From positions 11,505 through 75,504 of the forward strand of contig CAZDDE010000002.1 in NCBI GenBank assembly GCA_964504205.1: a stretch of 64,000 nucleotides of DNA, given 5' to 3'. Positions within the stretch are counted from its first letter, which is position 1; every line of letters starts with the position of its first letter. The notes below the pieces were generated by a model. That model made no database searches and had not been told where the DNA came from. It saw only the letters and a program-made list of their open reading frames with translations. This DNA is from an uncultured Candidatus Saccharibacteria bacterium. GTDB taxonomy: Bacteria > Patescibacteriota > Minisyncoccia > Spechtbacterales > HO2-43-30. Shown here piece by piece: positions 47,139 through 55,879 of this stretch. The position numbers and the translations under genes are program-made.

Positions 47139-47999
47139 ATGCGAGTTTTAATGTACGAAAATAAGTATTTTAAGATTCCGGCGAAGAGCGATAAAAACCC
47201 TTGGATGGATCCTAAATTCCAGCCCGATATTAAGCTATTTTTAAGACAGCATAGGCGGCTTCAGCAAATTTATAGAAGTTTAGGGGTGGAGGTATTAAAA
47301 ATAAAGCCGCGAAAAGACTTGATGGACAGCTGGCCGGCCAATATTGCCTGGGGGCGCAATGGGATATTTGTCATGGGTAATTTTCATCCAGAGGTGTGGT
47401 GGCGAAAAGACGAAACCCCTTATTACACAAGATGGTTTGCTGATAATCGTTTTGGAATAGTATTTTTACCTACCAACATATATTTTGGCGGACAGGCCAG
47501 TCTCATTACCCTTAATAAGCATTACATTTATGGGTGGGGGACTCGCGACTCGGAGGAAGCGGCAGATTACATTGAGGAACAGTTTAGGATTCATAAGCTC
47601 ATCGTGAGCGTGCAAATAATTGATCCGGACTTTTATGATAACGATACGGCAATGCATTTCGCGCGAGGATGCAAAGGTCTGTTGTGGTGTCCGGAGGCAT
47701 TTGGGGCTTCTGATATTCGTCGTATTGAAAGGATGTTAAGCCGAGAAGAGCTTGCCAGCTGTAAGTTAACGAAGCATGAGGCCATTCAGGATAAGGGGAA
47801 TAACCGGCGAAATTTTGTGTTGAACTCCATTTATATTGATAAAAATGAAATTATGCCCTGGGACGAGGAATATTCTGAATTTCCTCCGAAACTTGCAAAG
47901 TTTATTGATTCCCGGGGAGGGCGCCGGCATATTCTGGATTTTTCCGAAGCCGGAACGAGCGGAGCAGGCCCTCGATGCGCTAGTCTGTTTTTGGATTAG
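47139..47999 (+). CDS. Guanidino-group-modifying enzyme superfamily protein (amidinotransferase/DDAH/arginine-deiminase fold), uncharacterised
   Basis: C-terminal GAGPRCASLFLD cysteine motif and FYDNDTAMHF (HLDT-like) motif. Confidence 0.4.
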   Translation: MRVLMYENKYFKIPAKSDKNPWMDPKFQPDIKLFLRQHRRLQQIYRSLGVEVLKIKPRKDLMDSWPANIAWGRNGIFVMGNFHPEVWWRKDETPYYTRWFADNRFGIVFLPTNIYFGGQASLITLNKHYIYGWGTRDSEEAADYIEEQFRIHKLIVSVQIIDPDFYDNDTAMHFARGCKGLLWCPEAFGASDIRRIERMLSREELASCKLTKHEAIQDKGNNRRNFVLNSIYIDKNEIMPWDEEYSEFPPKLAKFIDSRGGRRHILDFSEAGTSGAGPRCASLFLD

Positions 48000-48039
48000 G
48001 TTGTTGACTAACCCCTTTCGCCAAAGCCTGCCTGCCGGT

Positions 48040-48098
48040 AGGTAGGCAACTGCCCTGCTTCGCTAAGCGCGAAGCGAGGCGAGCGGGGCTGTTTTTTT
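48040..48098 (+). terminator. Rho-independent terminator candidate
   Basis: GC-rich palindrome gcttcgctaagcgcgaagc/gagcggggctg followed by a T7 run. Confidence 0.5.
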
Positions 48099-48107
48099 GT
48101 TTGCACT

Positions 48108-48143
48108 TGACACAATAATAGTCTTTATAGTAATATGTTTTTG
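48108..48143 (+). promoter_or_regulatory. Sigma70-like promoter candidate (TTGACA – about 18 nt – TAATAT)
   Basis: ttgacacaataatagtctttatagtaatat, upstream of the small ORF and flotillin operon. Confidence 0.4.
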
Positions 48144-48270
48144 GCAATTAAGGGCAATTAAGCACATTTAAAAGCTATACAAGGAGGTGGCATCATGTAA
48201 AGGAAAGGAATTGCGCTTTGCATAGACATATTTCACTGAATACCAAAAATATATTAGAGAGGAGGTAGGT

Positions 48271-48375
48271 ATGGCTCTAGGTATTTTCATAGTGGGAGTG
48301 TTACTATTCGGGACAGGCGTCTTTATCGGGTATCACTGGGGCAAGGCAGAGGGAACGCATAACGGGAGAGGATAG
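48271..48375 (+). CDS. 34-aa single-TM peptide (MALGIFIVGVLLFGTGVFIGYHWGKAEGTHNGRG), translationally coupled to the flotillin gene
   Basis: Strong RBS GAGAGGAGG 6 nt upstream; hydrophobic core; stop is 7 nt before the flotillin ATG. Absent from the ORF track because it is shorter than 60 aa. Confidence 0.35.
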   Translation: MALGIFIVGVLLFGTGVFIGYHWGKAEGTHNGRG

Positions 48376-48381
48376 GATTAG

Positions 48382-50115
48382 ATGATAGAGATGACATTCG
48401 GGTTAATACTTGCGGGCGTAGGGGTAGCAGGCTTTGCAATTTCATCAAGGCTTCCGACTAGAGGCAGGGATGGGACGCCATGGCGATTGCTGGGTTTCCT
48501 TGGAAGTGGAGTAGTAAGCATCGTGGCGTTGTTCCTCCTTTTCCTCACTTCGTTCACAACGATAGATTCTGACGAAATAGGACATCTTAAGCGCGTCTAC
48601 TTTGGAGACGCCATGCCATCTGGGCAAGTTATCGCTTTGAAAGGGCAGAATGGCCCGCAGGCGGAAATACTTTCCCCGGGGTTTCATTTCCGGCCATTAC
48701 TTAAAGTAATCTATAGAGTGGAACGCTTTCCTGTTGTGGAGATACCCAGTAATCAATATGGCTATCTTGTTGCTCTAGATGGGCAGCCGCTGGGTGAAGG
48801 TGAGATCCTTGCTCCCGAATGGCCACACGAACAGTTTGAGCAAATGCTTGACGCTGAATATTTTCTGCAGCATGGAGGTAAAAAGGGCCCTCAACTTACC
48901 ATCTTGCCTCCGGGGAAGTATAGGTTCAACCATTATTTGCTCCATCATACGGTCGAGTCGGCAACAAACGTTTCCGCGGGCTTTGTTGGAGTAATTAAGT
49001 CAAACGTCCAGGCAAGGCCAAGCACAGAGTGCAACGAAATTTTTTACGCGGCAGAGGGCGCATTGTCAGTTCCTCTTTTCCCAAAGGGCTGTATAGGGGT
49101 GTGGACTGACCCCTTGCAGCCGGGGACGTTTTACCTAAATGTACATGGCTACGAGATGACCGAAGTCCCTACACGCGCGCAAGCGTGGGAGTATAAGGGA
49201 GGGTATATTCGGCACTTTATTGATCTTAGGGTAGATCAGGATGGCACAATAAGGCAAGTTGAGAGAACTGAAGATGTTCCCATTCCAATCGATGCGGCAG
49301 ATCCAGCGATTACAGTGCGTGTAGAAGGATGGATAGTGCCGCTAGAACTGCGTGTGATAGCCCAGGTTGCCCCAGAAGACGCGCCATTTGTAGTGGCGTC
49401 TGTAGGAGACTTGAAGGCAGTAGAGGATAAAATTCTTACTCCTACGATTCGAAGCGTTGTAAGAAATATTCTCGGTGAGCCAGGGAGAACGGTTCTTGAC
49501 CTTCAAAACAAACGAGCTGAGCTTGAATCGCTTGTAGAGGCCGCCATCAAACCCGAAGGCAAAAAAGCAGGAGTGACTATCCAAGAGGTGCGTTTTGGTG
49601 AGCCAATTCTTCCTCCCGAGTTGCTTGTCGCTATACTCCGCAATCAGCTCGCCGTTCAGCTTCAGCAAACCTACAAGGAAGAAAAGACAGCTCAAGATGA
49701 GCGGATTAGAACTGAACAGGCACGTGCAACAGCCAATCAACAGTCAAGATTGGTTGAAGCGCAGATTAGTGTAGCAGTTGCAACGCAACAAGTGCAGGTA
49801 GCGGAGCAGCAGAAGCGTGCGGCACAATTGCGAGGAGAAGGCAGAAAGCTTGAACTTACTGAAATAGCTATCGGCCAGCAAGCGCAAGTCGCTGTGCTTG
49901 GACAGGACCGAGTAATGCAACTGGAGGCGTTGCAAAAAGCGCTTGATGCCGCTGTAAGTAATCCGAACATAGTTAAGGTTCCGGCCATCATGGTTGAAGG
50001 CGGCGACGAGAGTGGCCTTGCAGGATTTGCCGCCATACTTGGCGGCGCAAGCAACCTCGCAAAAGGTAGTACAATATTTGATAGCCCTGAAAAGGAAGAA
50101 AAAGAAAAGCCATAG
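48382..50115 (+). CDS. Flotillin-like SPFH/band-7 protein (FloT/YuaG-like)
   Basis: N-terminal TM, SPFH domain, C-terminal Ala/Gln/Glu-rich coiled-coil flotillin repeats. Confidence 0.7.
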   Translation: MIEMTFGLILAGVGVAGFAISSRLPTRGRDGTPWRLLGFLGSGVVSIVALFLLFLTSFTTIDSDEIGHLKRVYFGDAMPSGQVIALKGQNGPQAEILSPGFHFRPLLKVIYRVERFPVVEIPSNQYGYLVALDGQPLGEGEILAPEWPHEQFEQMLDAEYFLQHGGKKGPQLTILPPGKYRFNHYLLHHTVESATNVSAGFVGVIKSNVQARPSTECNEIFYAAEGALSVPLFPKGCIGVWTDPLQPGTFYLNVHGYEMTEVPTRAQAWEYKGGYIRHFIDLRVDQDGTIRQVERTEDVPIPIDAADPAITVRVEGWIVPLELRVIAQVAPEDAPFVVASVGDLKAVEDKILTPTIRSVVRNILGEPGRTVLDLQNKRAELESLVEAAIKPEGKKAGVTIQEVRFGEPILPPELLVAILRNQLAVQLQQTYKEEKTAQDERIRTEQARATANQQSRLVEAQISVAVATQQVQVAEQQKRAAQLRGEGRKLELTEIAIGQQAQVAVLGQDRVMQLEALQKALDAAVSNPNIVKVPAIMVEGGDESGLAGFAAILGGASNLAKGSTIFDSPEKEEKEKP

Positions 50116-50127
50116 AAATTTAAGGCA

Positions 50128-50152
50128 TAAGGCGAGAAATCTCGCCTTTTTT
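50128..50152 (+). terminator. Rho-independent terminator
   Basis: ggcgagaaatctcgcc hairpin followed by a T6 run. Confidence 0.6.
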
Positions 50153-50208
50153 GTTTATACGTGCAGATATTTGATGGGTAGTCAGTTTAATGCTATCTTA
50201 GAGTAACC

Positions 50209-52770
50209 ATGTCAATGTTTTCTAAAATCTTCGGCGACCCCAATGAGCGGGAGATAAAAAATCTTCAGGAAACTGTCAATCAAATTAACGCGCTGGAGCC
50301 GGAAATCGCGCAGCTTTCAGATGGCGAGATGAAAGAAAAAAGCGCAGATTTGCCGCGGGCTTTTGCGATGGTGCGCGAGGCGGCAAAACGAACGCTTGGT
50401 CAGCGGCATTTTGATGTGCAGTTAATGGGCGGAATGGTTTTGCACCAGGGTAAGATTGCCGAGATGAGAACTGGCGAAGGGAAAACTCTCGCCGCGACAA
50501 CCGCGGTATATTTCAACGCGCTTGCCGGCAAAGGCGTGCATGTTGTTACAGTCAATGATTATTTGGCAAAAAGAGACGCAGTCTGGATGGGGCAGATATA
50601 TGCTCTGCTGGGTCTTTCTGTTGGGTGTATAACACATGAAGCAGCGTATTTATATGATGAAAATTATGGGGGCCGCGATGAGGCGCGCGATGCGCTCGGC
50701 GGATTTAAGGTCGAAGATCGCTATCTTCGGCCATGCGCCCGCAAAGAAGCTTATGCGGCTGATATAACGTATGGCACGAATAATGAGTTTGGTTTTGATT
50801 ACCTGCGCGATAACATGGCGTATAGTATGGACCAAATGGTCCAGCGCGGGCATTATTTCGCGATTGTTGACGAAGTGGACTCTATCTTAATAGATGAAGC
50901 GCGCACGCCGCTGATCATTTCCGCTCCGGATGAAGAATCAACCAGTCTTTACAAAACTTTCTCGCGCCTTGTGCCGCAATTGAAAGAGAATGAGGATTAC
51001 AATGTTGACGAGAAGATGAAAGCCGCAACGATTACTGAAGAAGGCGTCAAGAAGCTGGAGAGAATTTTAGGAATAGAGAATATTTACGATTCCACAAAGG
51101 GCGGCGGCATCAGATACGTCCATCAAGTTGAACAAGCCCTCAAAGCGCGGGTGCTTTTCGAAAGAGATCGTGATTATGTGGTGAAGGACGGAGAAGTTGT
51201 GATTGTTGATGAATTTACCGGCCGCTTAATGCCGGGGCGCCGATATTCCGAGGGTCTGCATCAAGCGCTTGAAGCCAAAGAAGGCGTTAATGTGCAAAAA
51301 GAATCGCGCACGCTTGCAACCATTACTTTTCAAAATTATTTTCGCATGTACAAAAAATTGGCGGGCATGACTGGCACAGCGATGACTTCGGCCGAAGAGT
51401 TGGATAAGGTTTATAAACTGCAAGTTGTTTCTATCCCAACTAATAAGCCGATGATACGGCAGGATAAGTCCGATTTTGTTTTTCGCACAAGACGCGGAAA
51501 GATGCAGGCAATTGTTGGTGAGGTTAAAAAACGCCATGCCAAAGGCCAGCCGATGCTGATTGGCACAACCAGCATCCAAAACAACGAAGTTCTTGCTTTA
51601 TTTTTAAGCAAAGCTGGCATTCAGCACGAAGTTTTAAATGCCAAGAATCATGAACGCGAAGGCGCGATCATTGCCCAAGCCGGTAAGCCCGGCGCTGTTA
51701 CCGTGGCAACTAATATGGCTGGCCGCGGCGTGGATATAGTTTTGGGCGGCAATCCGCCCGACGCGGAGGCGGCCCAAAAAGTTCGTGAAGCAGGCGGGTT
51801 GTTTGTGCTGGGTACCGAGCGGCACGAAGCGCGGCGCATTGACAATCAGCTGCGCGGACGTTCCGGGCGTCAAGGCGATCCGGGCGAAAGCCAGTTTTTC
51901 GTATCGCTGGAAGACGATTTAATGCGCATATTTGGCGGCGATCGCATTAAAAAATTAATGGAAACCCTGCATATTCCCGAAGACCAGCCGATTCAAAGCG
52001 GACTTATTTCCGGTTCCATCGAAAGCGCGCAGGGCAAGATAGAGGGCTATCACTTTGACACGCGAAAACATGTTTTGGATTACGATGAGGTGATGAATAA
52101 ACAGCGGCAGGTGATTTACACGCGGCGAGCAGAAATATTGAAGAAATCCTTTAATATTTCAGAAATGATTGAAGCGGAGCTTGGCAAATTTATAAATTTT
52201 CACACTTCTGGCGAACATCCTGCCGCGTGGAATGTCCAAGAAATTCACGAAAGTATTAAAAGTCTTGTTGCGGTAGCCGGCGATTTTAATAATCAGCTTT
52301 CGGAAGTTATTAAAAAGCATGGCGAGCCGGAAGATTTGCGCGATGATCTATTTAATCTTGCGCTGGGCGCGGTTGAGAAAGCGTATGATGATAAGGAAGA
52401 GAAACTCGGCTCGGAAAAAATGCGCGAGCTTGAAAGATTTGTCATGCTGCGCACCCTTGATATGCTATGGATGGAGCACCTTGAAACAATGGAGAGTTTG
52501 CGCGACAGCGTGCGGCTCCGCGCTTACGGGCAGAAAGACCCCCTTGTTGAATACAAGCGCGAAGGGCGCGAGTTGTTTGAGCGGCTGCTCGCAAATTGGC
52601 AGACGCAAGTCGTGCTGACGATATTTAAGGTGGAATTAAAGGAGACACCTTACGGCGAGGAATCAAGAGTTAGAAGTGAAGGATCGGGAAAGATAGGAGG
52701 GAGCATCGGTCGCAATGATCCCTGCCACTGCGGGAGTGGAAAAAAGTATAAAAGGTGTCACGGGAAGTAA
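50209..52770 (+). CDS. secA: Preprotein translocase ATPase SecA
   Basis: Full SecA architecture including the C-terminal CHCGSGKKYKRCHG zinc-binding tail. Confidence 0.95.
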   Translation: MSMFSKIFGDPNEREIKNLQETVNQINALEPEIAQLSDGEMKEKSADLPRAFAMVREAAKRTLGQRHFDVQLMGGMVLHQGKIAEMRTGEGKTLAATTAVYFNALAGKGVHVVTVNDYLAKRDAVWMGQIYALLGLSVGCITHEAAYLYDENYGGRDEARDALGGFKVEDRYLRPCARKEAYAADITYGTNNEFGFDYLRDNMAYSMDQMVQRGHYFAIVDEVDSILIDEARTPLIISAPDEESTSLYKTFSRLVPQLKENEDYNVDEKMKAATITEEGVKKLERILGIENIYDSTKGGGIRYVHQVEQALKARVLFERDRDYVVKDGEVVIVDEFTGRLMPGRRYSEGLHQALEAKEGVNVQKESRTLATITFQNYFRMYKKLAGMTGTAMTSAEELDKVYKLQVVSIPTNKPMIRQDKSDFVFRTRRGKMQAIVGEVKKRHAKGQPMLIGTTSIQNNEVLALFLSKAGIQHEVLNAKNHEREGAIIAQAGKPGAVTVATNMAGRGVDIVLGGNPPDAEAAQKVREAGGLFVLGTERHEARRIDNQLRGRSGRQGDPGESQFFVSLEDDLMRIFGGDRIKKLMETLHIPEDQPIQSGLISGSIESAQGKIEGYHFDTRKHVLDYDEVMNKQRQVIYTRRAEILKKSFNISEMIEAELGKFINFHTSGEHPAAWNVQEIHESIKSLVAVAGDFNNQLSEVIKKHGEPEDLRDDLFNLALGAVEKAYDDKEEKLGSEKMRELERFVMLRTLDMLWMEHLETMESLRDSVRLRAYGQKDPLVEYKREGRELFERLLANWQTQVVLTIFKVELKETPYGEESRVRSEGSGKIGGSIGRNDPCHCGSGKKYKRCHGK

Positions 52771-52806
52771 AAAGCCCAATTCCGAAGAATTGGGCAATAG
52801 GACTGG

Positions 52807-53121
52807 TTATGACTTTTTTGCAACTTTCCGCACTTTCTGTTCGAGGCGAGCAAGATCTTTCTCGCGAGCATCTTTGTGAATGTCACAACCCATGACGCTG
52901 TAAAGAGCTTCGAAGTCACCGACAGTAAAGCTAGAAAGCGGCAGGTTCTCAAGCTTTTCGCGAAGTTTGAGGAGTCGATCGATTCGCCGATCATGTTCAT
53001 CGGCTCCAGCAGGATCCATTTCACGCCAGTAATGCCCCATCTGATCACCTCCTGAATGATTGTCGGATACTGATATGATATTAACAAAGAATGGTATTGC
53101 AGTCAACAAATTCGCTCCCAT
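52807..53121 (-). CDS. Hypothetical protein
   Basis: ORF only; no recognisable family. Confidence 0.2.
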   Translation of the reverse strand: MGANLLTAIPFFVNIISVSDNHSGGDQMGHYWREMDPAGADEHDRRIDRLLKLREKLENLPLSSFTVGDFEALYSVMGCDIHKDAREKDLARLEQKVRKVAKKS

Positions 53122-53289
53122 GACATTTTCTATATTTCGGCAATTCCGATAATATCACAGATGAAAAAATGGCTTAAAATAAGGAAACCTCGTGCGGTTG
53201 GTTATTGAAAAAGTAGCGGTGTCATGGGCAATAGGGATAGATTTTGGCAAACAAAAAGAGCAGTTTTTAGTGATGCTTAGCACTCCTGA

Positions 53290-53508
53290 CTAGGACCTAT
53301 TCATGAGTATGATGACCTCTCCGCCGTAGCCCTCCGAAAAGATGATCAGCTCAGAGAGGGGAACGTCGGGGAACTCTGCCTTGACCACATCGAGGATGTA
53401 AGCCACGGTCGGCTCGGCGATGTATACATGACGGTCATCCCCAATCCCAACTTTTTTGTTACCGCGCCATCCTCCTCGACCCAGCGAACAACACGTGTCA
53501 TCTTGCAC
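53290..53508 (-). CDS. Hypothetical small protein
   Basis: ORF only; lies within a segment flanked by duplicated rdgB-leader-like sequence. Confidence 0.15.
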   Translation of the reverse strand: MQDDTCCSLGRGGWRGNKKVGIGDDRHVYIAEPTVAYILDVVKAEFPDVPLSELIIFSEGYGGEVIILMNRS

Positions 53509-53688
53509 CTCCTCCAGAGATTTTAGATTTTTGGATTACAAATACATTATAGCATGAAATTAGAGCGCTTGTCAAGTTTTTGACCCCCCGGGCATTTTCA
53601 ATATTTCAACTAATTCGGCAGATTCAGGAATAGGGAAATAGCTTAAAATAAAACCTCCGCGTGACAGTTAAGAAAGTGTAGAGATATC

Positions 53689-54282
53689 ATGGGAAATAAT
53701 AACGTACTTTATTTTATAACCGGCAACAAAGGCAAGCTTGAGGAAGCCCAGGCAATTTTGGGCGATGTTCGGCTTGAGCAGTTTGATGTTGATTTGCCTG
53801 AAATACAAGAGATTGACGCGCGCGCGGTGGTGAAGGCGAAGCTCGCGGCCGCGCTTGAGCACCACGAAGGCCCCTTTATTGTTGACGATGTCTCGGTGCG
53901 CTGTGAGGCGCTCAACGGTCTGCCCGGGCCTATGATAAAATGGTTTCTAAAGTCATTCTCGTTGGAGGAAATACACGACTTGCTCAAGAAGCTCGACAAT
54001 ACCAACGTAGAAGTGTCCCTGCTTATTGGTTATGCCCGCGATAGAGATGATATACATTTCTTTGAAGGAGTCGTCCGCGGCAAAATAGTCGCGCCAAGAG
54101 GAGAGAGCTTTGGCTGGGACCCCATTTTTCTGCCGGATGGATCCGACAAAACTTACGGCGAGATGAACGGGGAAGAGAAAAACAAAATTAGCCACCGTCG
54201 CCTCGCTCTTGATAAGCTCGGAGAATTTTTGAGGAAGAATTCTGGGGATGAACAATCGGGTGCAAGGTCAAGAGGAGCTTAA
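53689..54282 (+). CDS. rdgB: Non-canonical purine NTP pyrophosphatase (Ham1/RdgB/ITPase)
   Basis: FITGNKGKLEE N-terminus and GFGWDPIF…SHR C-terminal motifs. Confidence 0.85.
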   Translation: MGNNNVLYFITGNKGKLEEAQAILGDVRLEQFDVDLPEIQEIDARAVVKAKLAAALEHHEGPFIVDDVSVRCEALNGLPGPMIKWFLKSFSLEEIHDLLKKLDNTNVEVSLLIGYARDRDDIHFFEGVVRGKIVAPRGESFGWDPIFLPDGSDKTYGEMNGEEKNKISHRRLALDKLGEFLRKNSGDEQSGARSRGA

Positions 54283-54342
54283 AAAAGTCATTGCGGAAAA
54301 CAAAGAAGAGTTTGAGGATAATATCCGATCTATATTGGTTTC

Positions 54343-55113
54343 TTGCAATTATTGCGTAAGCAAAATTCTATGCACAAGGCATTGCTATTATTAAAGAAAA
54401 TACCCTGCGGTAAAGTGACGACCTATAAAGAACTCGCGCGTGTATGCGGCACTTCGCCGCGGGCGATTGGGAGAATTTTGGCAAAAAATCCCGACCCGGT
54501 AAATTATCCATGCTATAAAATCGTCGCCTCCGACGGCCGCCTTTGCGGGTATAGCGGACGAGGCGGGCTGAAACGAAAAGCGGAATTACTGAAGCGCGAG
54601 GGAATAGATACTGTCGGTGATAGAGTAGCTAAGAGCTATTTTTATCAATTCAGGCAAGCTAAAAAAATTTTAACACTCTGCATCGTTCATCAGCATCCTC
54701 GGGTACTTCTTGGTATGAAAAAGCGGGGTTTTGGCGAAGGTAAATGGAACGGTTTTGGGGGGAAGGTTGAGCCGGGCGAGAGGATAATAGACGCGGCAAG
54801 GCGGGAACTGCGCGAAGAAGCGGGGATAGAAGTCGCGGATTTAACGAGGGCGGGAGTTGTTGAATTTGAATTCAAAGGTAATCCCGAGATTCTGCGGGTG
54901 CATATCTTCAAGACAAATGAATTTTACGGTACGCCGCAGGAGAGCGAGGAGATGAGACCACAGTGGTTTCATCTAGATAAAATCCCGTTTTCTAAAATGT
55001 GGCCCGACGACGCCCATTGGCTGCCATTAGTTTTAGCGGGTAAACAAATAAAGGCAAAGTTTTGGTTTGAAGGGTTTGATAAAATAATTGACAAGAGGAT
55101 AGAGTTCGTTTAA
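54343..55113 (+). CDS. Fusion: methylated-DNA-protein-cysteine methyltransferase DNA-binding domain (PCYKIV active-site region) plus MutT-like NUDIX hydrolase
   Basis: N-terminal HTH…PCYKIV (PCHRV-like), C-terminal GGKVEPGERIIDAARRELREEAGIEV NUDIX box. Confidence 0.7.
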   Translation: MQLLRKQNSMHKALLLLKKIPCGKVTTYKELARVCGTSPRAIGRILAKNPDPVNYPCYKIVASDGRLCGYSGRGGLKRKAELLKREGIDTVGDRVAKSYFYQFRQAKKILTLCIVHQHPRVLLGMKKRGFGEGKWNGFGGKVEPGERIIDAARRELREEAGIEVADLTRAGVVEFEFKGNPEILRVHIFKTNEFYGTPQESEEMRPQWFHLDKIPFSKMWPDDAHWLPLVLAGKQIKAKFWFEGFDKIIDKRIEFV

Positions 55114-55174
55114 CTTGACATAATTTAGTATATATAGTAAGATACCTAGTCTGCAAAACTTAGCAGACAGTTCT

Positions 55175-55792
55175 TTGAAAGGGGGTACACATTTTATGAA
55201 ACCTTTGCTTATCGTTGGTATCGTGGGACTTTTGGTACTGATAGTCGTCGGCGGCTGTACGTGGGGGAGTTATAACGGGCTTGTTTCAGCAGACAACAAT
55301 GTCGAAAAGTCCTGGGCAAATGTGCAAAGCGGATATCAGCAAAGATTAGATACTTTGCCGAAGTTCGCCGAGACCGCCAAACTTTCTGTTGAGTTCCAGA
55401 TTGCCCTGCAGGAGAGATATGTCGCAGCACGCAATTCCGTGAATACCGCTGCTGAAAGCGGCGACCCCACGCAGCTGGAGAGGGTCGCAAATTCTCAATT
55501 TGAAGGTTTGCGCAGTTTTCTAACGGTACAGGTAGAGGCGGTTCCCGAAGCAAAGACCGAGCAGCTTACGGAACTTAATTCCCAGATAGAAAGCGTTGAG
55601 CGCGTGATAAAACATGAGCGTGACGCGTATAACGAGGCGGTCAAAAATTACAAGGATAAGGCGAGAAAGGTCCCGGGCAACATCGTTGCAGGAATGTTCG
55701 GCTTTGATGTAGATAAATACAAACCCTTCCAGGCGTCCGAAGCTGCGCAGACTTCTCCAGATTTGGACTTAGATTTCGATAGGAAAAGATAG
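55175..55792 (+). CDS. LemA-family membrane protein
   Basis: N-terminal TM then LemA-like helical domain; alternative start at MKPLLIVG. Confidence 0.75.
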   Translation: MKGGTHFMKPLLIVGIVGLLVLIVVGGCTWGSYNGLVSADNNVEKSWANVQSGYQQRLDTLPKFAETAKLSVEFQIALQERYVAARNSVNTAAESGDPTQLERVANSQFEGLRSFLTVQVEAVPEAKTEQLTELNSQIESVERVIKHERDAYNEAVKNYKDKARKVPGNIVAGMFGFDVDKYKPFQASEAAQTSPDLDLDFDRKR

Positions 55793-55821
55793 TGCTTCCA
55801 GTAGCGCTGCAGTACTACTCA

Positions 55822-55848
55822 AGGGAGGGTTTCGCCCTCCCTTTTTTC
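55822..55848 (+). terminator. Rho-independent terminator
   Basis: gggagggtttcgccctccc hairpin followed by a T6 run. Confidence 0.65.
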
Positions 55849-55879
55849 ACAAAAATTCAAAAAACAGGGAAAAGGAGGG

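Noticed and set aside
48382-50115. Flotillin gene as a horizontally transferred GC-rich island
   Set aside because: By eye its GC content is similar to nearby housekeeping genes (murB, secA). The composition contrast is instead between the AT-richer glycan loci and the housekeeping genes, and cannot be quantified here.
52807-53508. Toxin-antitoxin pair for the two small reverse-strand ORFs
   Set aside because: No recognisable toxin or antitoxin motifs (HicA/HicB, RelE, MazF and others) could be identified by eye, so they are left as hypotheticals.
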